IMG/VR virus record: IMGVR_UViG_3300023171_000011
Span: 1 to 64,000 of that record
Direction: 5' to 3' (one strand)
Source of the DNA: a virus
DNA length: 64,000 bases
The notes beneath the pieces are model-generated. The model saw nothing but the letters and a program-made list of their open reading frames with translations. It was not told the origin of the DNA and did not search any database. Shown here piece by piece: positions 16,087 through 24,688 of the stretch; the first letter of the stretch is position 1, and each line of letters begins with the position of its first letter. The translations under genes were made by a program, and so were the position numbers.

Positions 16087-18148
16087 CTCCTTACAGTTCA
16101 TGCCAGTAATGGCTGACAAGAAACCAATTCATCTTGAGTGGCAACACACAAAGAAAAACTATGATTTTTCTAGGGCCGAAGCTATCGGTTTAGTTTGTGG
16201 AAGCATCAGTGGTAACCTTGAGGCTATTGATTTGGATTTAAAATACGATCTAACCAAAACACTTTACGAAGAATACAAAAGAGCTATTCATGAGATAAAT
16301 CCAAAAATCCTTAAGAAGATAGTTGTTCAATCTACAGTAAGCGGAGGATATCATTTTATTTACCGATGTGAATATATTGAGGGGAACAAGAAGCTAGCTG
16401 AAAGACATACCACTAAGAACGAGAGACAACAAACTTATGATAAAACTTATGCAAAGTTAATCAGTGGTGATAAGCCGGAAAATTTAACTCAAGATCAGTT
16501 TATTTCTTTTTGTGAAGAGAAAGCTGCCAGAAGTAGAGATAACGACAGGACAAGAGTTTTACTAGAAACACGAGGTGAAAAAGGTTATATAGCTTGTGCT
16601 CCAACGAAAGGATACGAACTTAAACATCTTGACTTTGATAAAATAGAAACCATCACTAAAGATGAGAGGGAAGTTTTAATTAATGTTGCCTATAGTTTCA
16701 ACCAAGTTTTAAAGGAACCTCACCATGATCGCAAGATTGAAAGAAAAATTGTTAAAGGACTCACATCTATTGAAGACTATAACAATCGAGGAGACGTAGT
16801 TTCCTTGCTTGAGAACCATGGTTGGGAGCGAGTTGGTAAAAAGGGTAGCAAAATATTAATGAAGCGTCCTGGTGACACCAAAGCATCTCATTCAGGTAAT
16901 TTTGACGAGGAAAAGAATTGGTTTAGTGTTTTCAGTACCTCAACAGAATTTGAATCACAGACTCCTTATCAGCCTTATGCGGTTTACGCTATCCTTGAGT
17001 GTAACGGAAATTGGTCCGAGGTTCCTATAAAACTTTACGATCTAGGTTTTGGAGACAGAAGGGATGTTCTTGAGGCGAACACGATTGACGTTCCAACAAA
17101 TATTGATGCTACCGCAGATGCTACAGATTTTCTTGCTTCAAATATTGATTATGACGCTTACCTTGAGAAATGGAGAAACGGAACCTGGGAGAAAGGATTA
17201 ACAACCGGATCAAAATTATTGGATAATTATTTTTTGTTTAAAGAAGCGGATCTTGTTATTATAAATGGGATTGACAACGTTGGTAAATCTACTGTGATAT
17301 GGTATAAAGCAGTATTATCAGCAATGTATCACGATTGGAAATGGTTAATTTTTAGTTCTGAAAATAAGATTGGTGGTATTATCCGGAAGCTAATTGAATT
17401 TTATTGGTGCGAACCAATTGATAAAATGAGCTTAGAAAAATTCAAATATGCTAAGCAATGGGTAAGGGAACATTTTGATATTATAAAATCAAATGAAAAA
17501 CTATTCAATTACGAAGATATTTTGACAATTACTACTTTAGCAAAGACTAAAAAAGAATATAATGGTCTTTTGATAGACCCCTATAACTCTCTGAAAGTAG
17601 ATAGCCCATCAAAAAATAAAGGTGCTGGAAATTACGATTATCACTATGAGGCGGCAAGTAAGATTAAGCTTTATGGATCTTTAAATAATTTGAGTATCTA
17701 TATCAATACTCACGTAGGTACGGCTGCAGCAAAAAACAAAGACACGAAAACAGGATATACGAAAGCGCCTCAGAAAGAGGATAGTGAAATGGGAGTTATA
17801 TTCGCAAATAAGGCTGATGAATTTATCACAATACACAGGGTAACTCAACATGAAACCGAGTCTATTTTCACAGAGATACATATCCGCAAAGTTAAAGAAA
17901 CAGAGACAGGAGGAAATGTTACTAGGGCTAATGCGCCAATTATTATGCGGCCTAACGCTTTAGTTACCGGATTTGAAATATTACCTTATAAGTCTCATGC
18001 GGAGGTAGGAGAGAATCCTGTATTGATTTGGCATAACAAAATGCTAACAGAAAGTCAACAGTCGATATTCTCAGAACAAGTTTACGACAAACCGTCCCCT
18101 GTTGTACCTGAATATTCTAACCAACCTACAGCAGACTTACCTTTCTAA
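16055..18148 (+). CDS. bifunctional primase-polymerase / SF4 helicase
   Basis: Prim-Pol: IGLVCG..SGNLEAIDLD, STVSGGYH, LETRGEKGY; helicase: NGIDNVGKS, LIDPYN, IRKVK. Confidence 0.85.
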   Translation: MQFLKPLTNDSSLQFMPVMADKKPIHLEWQHTKKNYDFSRAEAIGLVCGSISGNLEAIDLDLKYDLTKTLYEEYKRAIHEINPKILKKIVVQSTVSGGYHFIYRCEYIEGNKKLAERHTTKNERQQTYDKTYAKLISGDKPENLTQDQFISFCEEKAARSRDNDRTRVLLETRGEKGYIACAPTKGYELKHLDFDKIETITKDEREVLINVAYSFNQVLKEPHHDRKIERKIVKGLTSIEDYNNRGDVVSLLENHGWERVGKKGSKILMKRPGDTKASHSGNFDEEKNWFSVFSTSTEFESQTPYQPYAVYAILECNGNWSEVPIKLYDLGFGDRRDVLEANTIDVPTNIDATADATDFLASNIDYDAYLEKWRNGTWEKGLTTGSKLLDNYFLFKEADLVIINGIDNVGKSTVIWYKAVLSAMYHDWKWLIFSSENKIGGIIRKLIEFYWCEPIDKMSLEKFKYAKQWVREHFDIIKSNEKLFNYEDILTITTLAKTKKEYNGLLIDPYNSLKVDSPSKNKGAGNYDYHYEAASKIKLYGSLNNLSIYINTHVGTAAAKNKDTKTGYTKAPQKEDSEMGVIFANKADEFITIHRVTQHETESIFTEIHIRKVKETETGGNVTRANAPIIMRPNALVTGFEILPYKSHAEVGENPVLIWHNKMLTESQQSIFSEQVYDKPSPVVPEYSNQPTADLPF

Positions 18149-18150
18149 CC

Positions 18151-18498
18151 ATGGACGAGACATACGCAATAAAAGTTTTAAGAAGCCTGGATACGCTACC
18201 AATTGATCAGTGGTATCCTTTTAAAAGCAACAACCATGCAGCCGACAAGCTGATGGAGGTGATTAAACTCAGAATAGACCTGTCAGGCGATTATCTCATC
18301 TCAAACGACTATACACACTTCAAAAGGATTGAACTACCTGAGAAGGTACCAAAATCAGTCGAAATGACTTATAAAATCGAATGGAAGCCGAACTCATACG
18401 AATTAAACGAATTTGAAAGAAACCTTCCTGATTTTGCTCCTAAAAAACTAACCAAAGAACAAGACAAAGCCTACCAAGCACGGAGGACAGATAAATAA
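18151..18498 (+). CDS. hypothetical protein
   Basis: ORF track. Confidence 0.6.
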   Translation: MDETYAIKVLRSLDTLPIDQWYPFKSNNHAADKLMEVIKLRIDLSGDYLISNDYTHFKRIELPEKVPKSVEMTYKIEWKPNSYELNEFERNLPDFAPKKLTKEQDKAYQARRTDK

Positions 18499-18516
18499 AC
18501 TTAAAAACAAAACAAG

Positions 18517-18795
18517 ATGAAGAACACAATTTACCAATTACACGACACAGATAGTGTATTGGAACCAAACCCACACAAGATTGAATTTTATTGTTGCCAG
18601 ACAAATGAAATAGAACCATTGAGAGATGTTATGGAACTAGGGATAGTAATAACAGGAAAGGATTCGACAGGAGAGCATCTTCAAATTGATTTTAGTGCCG
18701 ACGAAGAGGAATTAGAAGAGTTGATGGAGTATCTTCGAAATTTACAACGTTACATTTCAAAATTTAATAAAGAAAGCAAACCTAAAGAACAATAA
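18517..18795 (+). CDS. hypothetical protein
   Basis: ORF track; A-rich leader. Confidence 0.6.
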   Translation: MKNTIYQLHDTDSVLEPNPHKIEFYCCQTNEIEPLRDVMELGIVITGKDSTGEHLQIDFSADEEELEELMEYLRNLQRYISKFNKESKPKEQ

Positions 18796-18796
18796 C

Positions 18797-19132
18797 ATGA
18801 GAGATCAAAAATTTACAAAAGGACCATGGGAAATTAAACACTCTGAATCCAAAAATGCATTTAACATCGTAGGCACAATTCCGGGCGGTAAATACAAAAT
18901 AGCCCGACTGCCATATGAATCAGAGGAAAGATACAGCAAAATGATTAACGACATCTTCAAGAATGAATCGGAAGCCAATGCCAATCTTATATCTGCATCC
19001 CCTGAGCTTTTAGAAGCTCTACAAGGCATGATATTGGTCTGGGATAACCTAAGCGCCACATTCCCATTATTAATCGATGAGAAGGCTTATATTCAAGCAA
19101 AAGAAGTTGTATCTAAAGCATTAGGAGAATAG
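18797..19132 (+). CDS. conserved phage protein
   Basis: FTKGPW...ANANLISASPELLEAL. Confidence 0.75.
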   Translation: MRDQKFTKGPWEIKHSESKNAFNIVGTIPGGKYKIARLPYESEERYSKMINDIFKNESEANANLISASPELLEALQGMILVWDNLSATFPLLIDEKAYIQAKEVVSKALGE

Positions 19133-19135
19133 GAC

Positions 19136-19573
19136 ATGGAACAAAGACAATTAATGTTCAGGGGCAAAAGCCTAGATACAGGAGAATGGGTTTATGGATA
19201 TGGAATTGTACAATGTACAGAATATAGCGAAGCTAGGATATTCAATCAGACAGGAGGTAATATGATGCACTCTTGGGCTGTTGATATAAACACAATTGGA
19301 CAATGGACGGGACTAGATGATAAAAATGGAACCAAAATATTTGAAGGTGATGTGGTTAAGTGGTCCACGACAAGATACCAAAGCTGCTATGAAGGTCACG
19401 ATCCTGATAAAAAGAATGAACTGATAACAATTGAATGGAAGTCTCCGGTAGAGTGGGATATGTGTTCTTTCTGTATTACAGAGTCATTTGATCTGTCTCA
19501 GAAAAACAACTCTTGTTTAACTGGTTCAGAAGACGGGTTATTAGTAATTGGCGATATTCACGAAGATAAATAG
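19136..19573 (+). CDS. YopX-family protein
   Basis: FRGK..DTGEWVYG...TIGQWTGLDDKNG.KIFEGD...VIGDIHE. Confidence 0.9.
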   Translation: MEQRQLMFRGKSLDTGEWVYGYGIVQCTEYSEARIFNQTGGNMMHSWAVDINTIGQWTGLDDKNGTKIFEGDVVKWSTTRYQSCYEGHDPDKKNELITIEWKSPVEWDMCSFCITESFDLSQKNNSCLTGSEDGLLVIGDIHEDK

Positions 19574-19576
19574 GAG

Positions 19577-19747
19577 ATGACCTCTTTTGAAAAACATCTA
19601 GGTAGACCAATGAAACCAAACGAAGGAATACTTGAGAGAGAATACTATGTCTCCCTGGTTCTTAGTCCGGAGAAATTAAAAGCCAGATGGAAGTCCATGG
19701 GCCACCAACCAAAGCCCAAGCAGCTTGTTCTTTTTGAATCGGAATAA
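19577..19747 (+). CDS. small hypothetical protein (56 aa)
   Basis: Fills gap; MTSFEKHLGRPMKPNEG...; below ORF-track cutoff. Confidence 0.45.
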   Translation: MTSFEKHLGRPMKPNEGILEREYYVSLVLSPEKLKARWKSMGHQPKPKQLVLFESE

Positions 19748-19788
19748 TATTTGTTAGATTTGAATAGTTTAAACTAAAATTAAAAGTC

Positions 19789-20190
19789 ATGACAGCAACA
19801 AAAAAAGAAACAACTCCCCTAAAGGATGAAGCGGTATTGGATGCAAAAGCAGAAGCCTCTACTCAAGAAACTGAAAATCCAGAAGTAACTCCTTCAACAC
19901 CGGAAGATTACAAGAATGAAGTCGATGTTGCGGTAGAGTCTGCAAAAGGCCAAGACAGCCACATTGAAGCGAAAGACTTTGACGACAGCAAAGAGTCTAA
20001 GAAAATCATCAAAGACGATAAAGCTTTCCGTGAAGACTTAGAATCTGGTGATGCGAATACTTCGGGTTTGTCAGCTACACAATTGAGTGAGGTAAACAAA
20101 CCATTGGTTCCGGCACAAATTGGAGGTAAACCAGTATATGAGACTCAATCTCAATACCTATCTGCAATGGCAGCTCAAGGCAAGTTGTAA
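19789..20190 (+). CDS. acidic, probably disordered protein with own promoter
   Basis: TAGATTTG at 19755-62; low-complexity E/D/K/A sequence. Confidence 0.7.
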   Translation: MTATKKETTPLKDEAVLDAKAEASTQETENPEVTPSTPEDYKNEVDVAVESAKGQDSHIEAKDFDDSKESKKIIKDDKAFREDLESGDANTSGLSATQLSEVNKPLVPAQIGGKPVYETQSQYLSAMAAQGKL

Positions 20191-20205
20191 AAAGTTAACT
20201 GCATT

Positions 20206-20246
20206 AAAAAAGCCCTGTATCAATCGACGCAGGGCTTTTCTTGTTT
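20206..20246. terminator. bidirectional terminator
   Basis: A5-AGCCCTGT...GCAGGGCT-TTT between convergent genes. Confidence 0.8.
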
Positions 20247-20519
20247 TTAGGCTAGCGGTGCATTACCGAGAGCAAGTATAGCCGCCTGAGTCTCGGTACA
20301 AACCAGCGTGACCTGCAGGGTGGCCTCGTTTATGGGGTAGTTATAAGTCACATCTGTGATCCCTGTCGTTCTGTAGGCAGTAGGCCTTGTTTGAACAGCG
20401 ATAATTCGACTGGTACTGATAACTAATGTTTTTGCTGCTGTTGGAGCAGCAGAGTCCGCTAGGCCTGTTTCTGCTTTAGCTGGATTTGTGAAGGTTGTAA
20501 CTTGAATAAGGTTTCCCAT
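20247..20519 (-). CDS. small Ala/Thr-rich protein, possibly a virion decoration protein
   Basis: MGNLIQVTTF...ETQAAILALGNA; minus-strand promoter TAGATTTG at 20592-99. Confidence 0.65.
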   Translation of the reverse strand: MGNLIQVTTFTNPAKAETGLADSAAPTAAKTLVISTSRIIAVQTRPTAYRTTGITDVTYNYPINEATLQVTLVCTETQAAILALGNAPLA

Positions 20520-20748
20520 TTCATAAAATTTTAAAGTATGGATTCTGTTAATTAACGGGAGTAAAAATAGGGAATAAAAAACCAACATTTGCAAATCTAC
20601 TTTTTTCACCATAGCTTTGATACAGCTTATACCCTTAGATGCAACATCAAAAAACAAGTAGAAACGTCATTTAAAATAATCTGAGGGGAGAAGTTTCTCT
20701 GGCTTTTGCTAGGGTATAAGCCACTTCAAACCTCAGTACTTTTTGGAT

Positions 20749-20889
20749 ATGAACGCAAAAAACGCAAGGAAGTTAAGGAAACACGCAGCCGAAGTAGCTG
20801 GGCCAAAAGATAGGGACCGGTGCTTAAAGGATTTAAAAATGTTGTGCAATAAGGGCCTGATTAAATTTAGCAATGGAAGCAATAAATAG
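20749..20889 (+). CDS. small basic protein (46 aa)
   Basis: MNAKNARKLRK...; below ORF-track cutoff. Confidence 0.45.
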   Translation: MNAKNARKLRKHAAEVAGPKDRDRCLKDLKMLCNKGLIKFSNGSNK

Positions 20890-21481
20890 TAACATAGGCG
20901 TTGTCTTCGATGAAGAAGATAAAAGGTTCTTTGATCTTGGTAACGGGGTCACATTAGAGAGAGCCGAAGCTTGGCGCTTCAATGAGGGATCGGAAGAAAA
21001 AAACACAAGGGTAGAAACAAACGTGAATCATTTGGAGGTAAACCCTCAATTCGCACGAGTAGTCGTAGCCAATCCCAATTTACCTTACGAGGTTGGGGAT
21101 ATTTTATTTCTTCACTACCTGGCTTATGAAACATTTGAAGAGTTATTCGAATTGCAGGGAGAGGATAAGGTTTGCTTTATTGAAGAGTCGTACGTGCTAT
21201 TTAAAATTAAGGATGGTCAATTTATTTTACCCAAAGGAGTTTACCTGGCAGAAGAAGTCTTAGAGGATGCTCCTAAAACAGCAAGCGGCATCTTTCTAAC
21301 GCCTTTCACCCATACGAAGGATGATTTGGTCATCAGAATAAAACACTGCCCTGTAGAGGCCCCTATCTACGCTGAGGGAGACTTGGTAATAAGCCTTGAT
21401 GTTCACAATTACCCTATAGAGGTTTATGATCAAAAATACTTTGTGATTAAAGAAGATGAGATTGTAGGAAAAAGAAAGTAA
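20873..21481 (+). CDS. divergent tandem GroES-like protein
   Basis: KTASGIFL..., GDLVI...Y.I...KYFVIKEDEIVG; first half also has VGDILFLHY. Confidence 0.65.
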   Translation: MEAINSNIGVVFDEEDKRFFDLGNGVTLERAEAWRFNEGSEEKNTRVETNVNHLEVNPQFARVVVANPNLPYEVGDILFLHYLAYETFEELFELQGEDKVCFIEESYVLFKIKDGQFILPKGVYLAEEVLEDAPKTASGIFLTPFTHTKDDLVIRIKHCPVEAPIYAEGDLVISLDVHNYPIEVYDQKYFVIKEDEIVGKRK

Positions 21482-21482
21482 T

Positions 21483-22280
21483 ATGTTACCTAAGCGACAA
21501 TTCTATGTTCCGGTTCCGGTTGTCAAAGAAGAACCGATTGTAAGGGCTAAACGGATAACAGTGAAAGCTCCCGTTATCGTAAAAACTATTGCTTTAGAAA
21601 AAGCAGAAGAGATTAAAGAAACATCCCAAGAGTTAAGAAAGACGATCACCAAATTAAAAGTTGAACTTAAAAAAGCAAACCTAAAATTAGAAAAGCTCAA
21701 AGAGAAACCTTCTTACGTACAAGAAAACAGAACTAGGTTAGCTAACTTCAAAAAAAGGTTAGAAGCTCAGTTAAGAGCAGAGTGGTACATAAGGATAAAG
21801 TGGGCAATGTTTGACGATAGGAATTTTGGAAAAGCAAGTCTCATGGCAGCTTTTATGGTCACTTACACAAGGATGAAAAAAATGGACTTGATTGACTATG
21901 CGGTATTTCATATTTGTGATAGGTTTACTTATATGAATTATACTGATCTTCGGGTTTACGGAATCTTAAAACTACAGGCAGAGAAATCCCTTAGAAACTT
22001 AGTTAAGAAAGGTTGGGTAACAAAAATAATGACAACCAATAAGGGCAAACAAAACAAAGCCGCTTTCTATGTTAGTGAGGAAGGAAAGAGTCAATACTTA
22101 TTATTTCTTCGTGCTTACAAAAAACACCTTAAGGATAAGCACGAAGACATAGAGCCCGAAGTAATTAAAACTGGACTAGATGTCATTATTGGACAAAGAG
22201 CTGCAATAACAAGAGTTAAACGACAAATCATAAGACCTTATGTTAATTATAGACCAAAAAAAGAGAAGTGGGAACAGTGA
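21483..22280 (+). CDS. coiled-coil plus winged-helix DNA-binding protein
   Basis: SLRNLVKKGWV...FYVSEEGK MarR-like wing. Confidence 0.55.
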   Translation: MLPKRQFYVPVPVVKEEPIVRAKRITVKAPVIVKTIALEKAEEIKETSQELRKTITKLKVELKKANLKLEKLKEKPSYVQENRTRLANFKKRLEAQLRAEWYIRIKWAMFDDRNFGKASLMAAFMVTYTRMKKMDLIDYAVFHICDRFTYMNYTDLRVYGILKLQAEKSLRNLVKKGWVTKIMTTNKGKQNKAAFYVSEEGKSQYLLFLRAYKKHLKDKHEDIEPEVIKTGLDVIIGQRAAITRVKRQIIRPYVNYRPKKEKWEQ

Positions 22281-22665
22281 GGTAGATGAATACATCACAG
22301 AGTTAGAAAATTCATGGCTGACCTTTGAGGCAAGTAATATCAAAAAGTTGATTATATCTTGCGATCATGTAGCCGGCATATTGGCTGATGACATATTGTT
22401 GCTTCCAAAACTTGGCGACGATGAAGATGAAACAAAGTTACAGATGCTTGGTAGCAGAAAGAATAAACATTTCATAGCATTCAAGAATGTAATTGCCGAT
22501 ATAAAGCATTTTAAGACGATATCAGACCTCTTGGAAGAGATGAAGCCTAAATTGCATGTACCAGAGGCCAAAGTCCCTGAGAAAGCCTTAAAACAAGAAA
22601 TAATTGAAGAGAAAACTACAATTAGAAAAAATATATCTGATATTGCATTAGGTAAAAAACAATGA
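22240..22665 (+). CDS. putative terminase small subunit
   Basis: Helical protein directly upstream of and overlapping TerL; positional inference. Confidence 0.45.
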   Translation: MLIIDQKKRSGNSEVDEYITELENSWLTFEASNIKKLIISCDHVAGILADDILLLPKLGDDEDETKLQMLGSRKNKHFIAFKNVIADIKHFKTISDLLEEMKPKLHVPEAKVPEKALKQEIIEEKTTIRKNISDIALGKKQ

Positions 22666-24653
22666 GAGAAAGGGATGCACTTCATTTAGCGATTAAGAAC
22701 TTTGAACGGGAGCGTATCATTGGCGAAATCATGGTGTATTTACCTAAGCCGCCAAACTTCACTAAAATAGCAAATTTCAATTTACGTATTGCTGACCAGA
22801 AGTTCCAGTATACTAAACAGCCCGACAAAGGAAAAGAACCAAGTGATGAGTTCTTGGCCCAAGAGTTTGATCGCTTCGAAAATGGTTATTGGTTTTTCAA
22901 CAATGGAAATGTAGAATGGATTTCTCCCAATCATTATTTCTTTCTGAACTACTGGAAGGATAAAGGGAAAAACATGAAGTTCATTGACTCACAAAGAGAA
23001 GCATTCCTTTGGTGGTGGCAAATAGAGCGGATGGAGTACATGGCCGGTGGTAATTTAATATCGAACCGGAGGTTTGGAAAAACTGTTTTTGGTACTTGTG
23101 TACTTTATTGGAGAAGTTCAACCAATGCTAATTTCAGGGGTGGTATCCAATCTAAGACTAATCCAGATAGTAAACTGGTATTCAATAAACTGATTAAGTC
23201 CTGGCAGAAACTACCAGATTGGTTGAAGCCGGTGGATAGTGGAGAGACAAGGCCGGCAACAGTACTCGACTTTACCGAACCACGTAGCTCAACTAAAAAG
23301 GGTAAAAAAGTTTACGAAGAGGTTCTTGACAGTTCGATAGATTTTCGATCATCTTCTGCAGATGCTTATGATGGTGATGAGCTTCATACGTACTACGAGG
23401 ATGAGTTTGGTAAGTCGGTCGAGGTAAATACTGACGAAAGATGGGGTGTGGTCCAGTTCTGTTTATTGATAGGATCTGATTTAGTTGGTAAGGCGCTACG
23501 GACCACTACCGTCGAGGAAATGGAGAAGAAGGGTGGTAAACATGCTAAGAAGACTTGGGACGACAGCGCCATTAAAACGCTAAATCCTGAGACGGGTATG
23601 ACCACTTCAATGCTAACTAATTTATTCATTCCTGCGGACTTTGGTTTTAAAGGTAGGCACCCTGTAACTAAACAACCTTTTGTTGACGAATATGGTATTT
23701 CTAATAGAAAGCTCGCCACAGAATACATTGAGTCTTTATGGACCAATCTTGAGGGTACAAAACTAGCAGCAGCACAGCGTAAAAACCCGTTAAAAATTAA
23801 ACACGCATTTCAGCTTCAAAATTTTGACTCTGTATTTGATAATGAGCTTTTGGAAGAGCAGAAAGAATATCTGGAAAACGAGGCGCCAAAAACATTAAGA
23901 CGTAGAGTAACTTTCGCTAAAGATGACGATGGACTTGTAAAATGGAGAGATGACCCAAGAGGTTATCATGAAATGGTTTGGGACTTTGAAAAACCTTCCG
24001 AATCAAACCGGAGGGTAGTGAATAGAGAAACCCAACTCTATATGCCAAATAACGTAGGTGGCTTTGCTGCTGGTGTCGATCCATTTGCCGCCACTATAAC
24101 AACAGGACCTGGTTCAATGGGTGTTTGTTACATCTACAAAAAAGGAGACCCCTTAGACCCTGAAAATAGCGGATTTTGCGTATTGAGGTATGCACAAAGA
24201 ACAAGGTACAAAGCTGACTTCCATAAGAACGTGATGCTTCTTTGCCAGTATTACGGATGTAAAGCCAATTACGAGAGTGATGTAGATGATTACTACGAGA
24301 AGTTCATTGAGAGTGGATTTAAGCATTACATCATGTGGAGGCCTAAATCTACGGTAGATCCTCAGAGAAGAAACGTCAAGACAAAATACGGCACTCCTTC
24401 TAAAGATCCTTTCGCTTTACAAAAACACACTGAGGTAATTGATGAGTATATCAAACTTCACCACCATAAGATTTACTTCCCTGAGCTCATTGATCAGCTT
24501 ATTGACTACGATGTAAATGACCGGACTAAGTTCGATGATGTGATCGCTTTTGGTATGTCTTTAATCGGAGGAATGGATGGTGCAGGTAAATCAAACGAAC
24601 CAGTAAAAGTGAAGAAATTCTTAGAGTTAAGGAGGACTAAAAGATATGCGTAA
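22662..24653 (+). CDS. terL: terminase large subunit
   Basis: NRRFGKT Walker A, YYEDEFGK Walker B, AAGVDP nuclease motif, FDDVIAFG. Confidence 0.92.
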   Translation: MRERDALHLAIKNFERERIIGEIMVYLPKPPNFTKIANFNLRIADQKFQYTKQPDKGKEPSDEFLAQEFDRFENGYWFFNNGNVEWISPNHYFFLNYWKDKGKNMKFIDSQREAFLWWWQIERMEYMAGGNLISNRRFGKTVFGTCVLYWRSSTNANFRGGIQSKTNPDSKLVFNKLIKSWQKLPDWLKPVDSGETRPATVLDFTEPRSSTKKGKKVYEEVLDSSIDFRSSSADAYDGDELHTYYEDEFGKSVEVNTDERWGVVQFCLLIGSDLVGKALRTTTVEEMEKKGGKHAKKTWDDSAIKTLNPETGMTTSMLTNLFIPADFGFKGRHPVTKQPFVDEYGISNRKLATEYIESLWTNLEGTKLAAAQRKNPLKIKHAFQLQNFDSVFDNELLEEQKEYLENEAPKTLRRRVTFAKDDDGLVKWRDDPRGYHEMVWDFEKPSESNRRVVNRETQLYMPNNVGGFAAGVDPFAATITTGPGSMGVCYIYKKGDPLDPENSGFCVLRYAQRTRYKADFHKNVMLLCQYYGCKANYESDVDDYYEKFIESGFKHYIMWRPKSTVDPQRRNVKTKYGTPSKDPFALQKHTEVIDEYIKLHHHKIYFPELIDQLIDYDVNDRTKFDDVIAFGMSLIGGMDGAGKSNEPVKVKKFLELRRTKRYA

Positions 24654-24663
24654 AAAATATCTA

Positions 24664-24671
24664 TATATTTG
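24664..24671 (+). promoter_or_regulatory. Bacteroidetes -7 promoter element (portal)
   Basis: TATATTTG. Confidence 0.6.
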
Positions 24672-24688
24672 TTTAAAATTCTTATAAC

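Noticed and set aside
20520-20657. N-terminal extension of ORF 20247..20657
   Set aside because: Spans the TAGATTTG promoter; ATG at 20519 has the better context.
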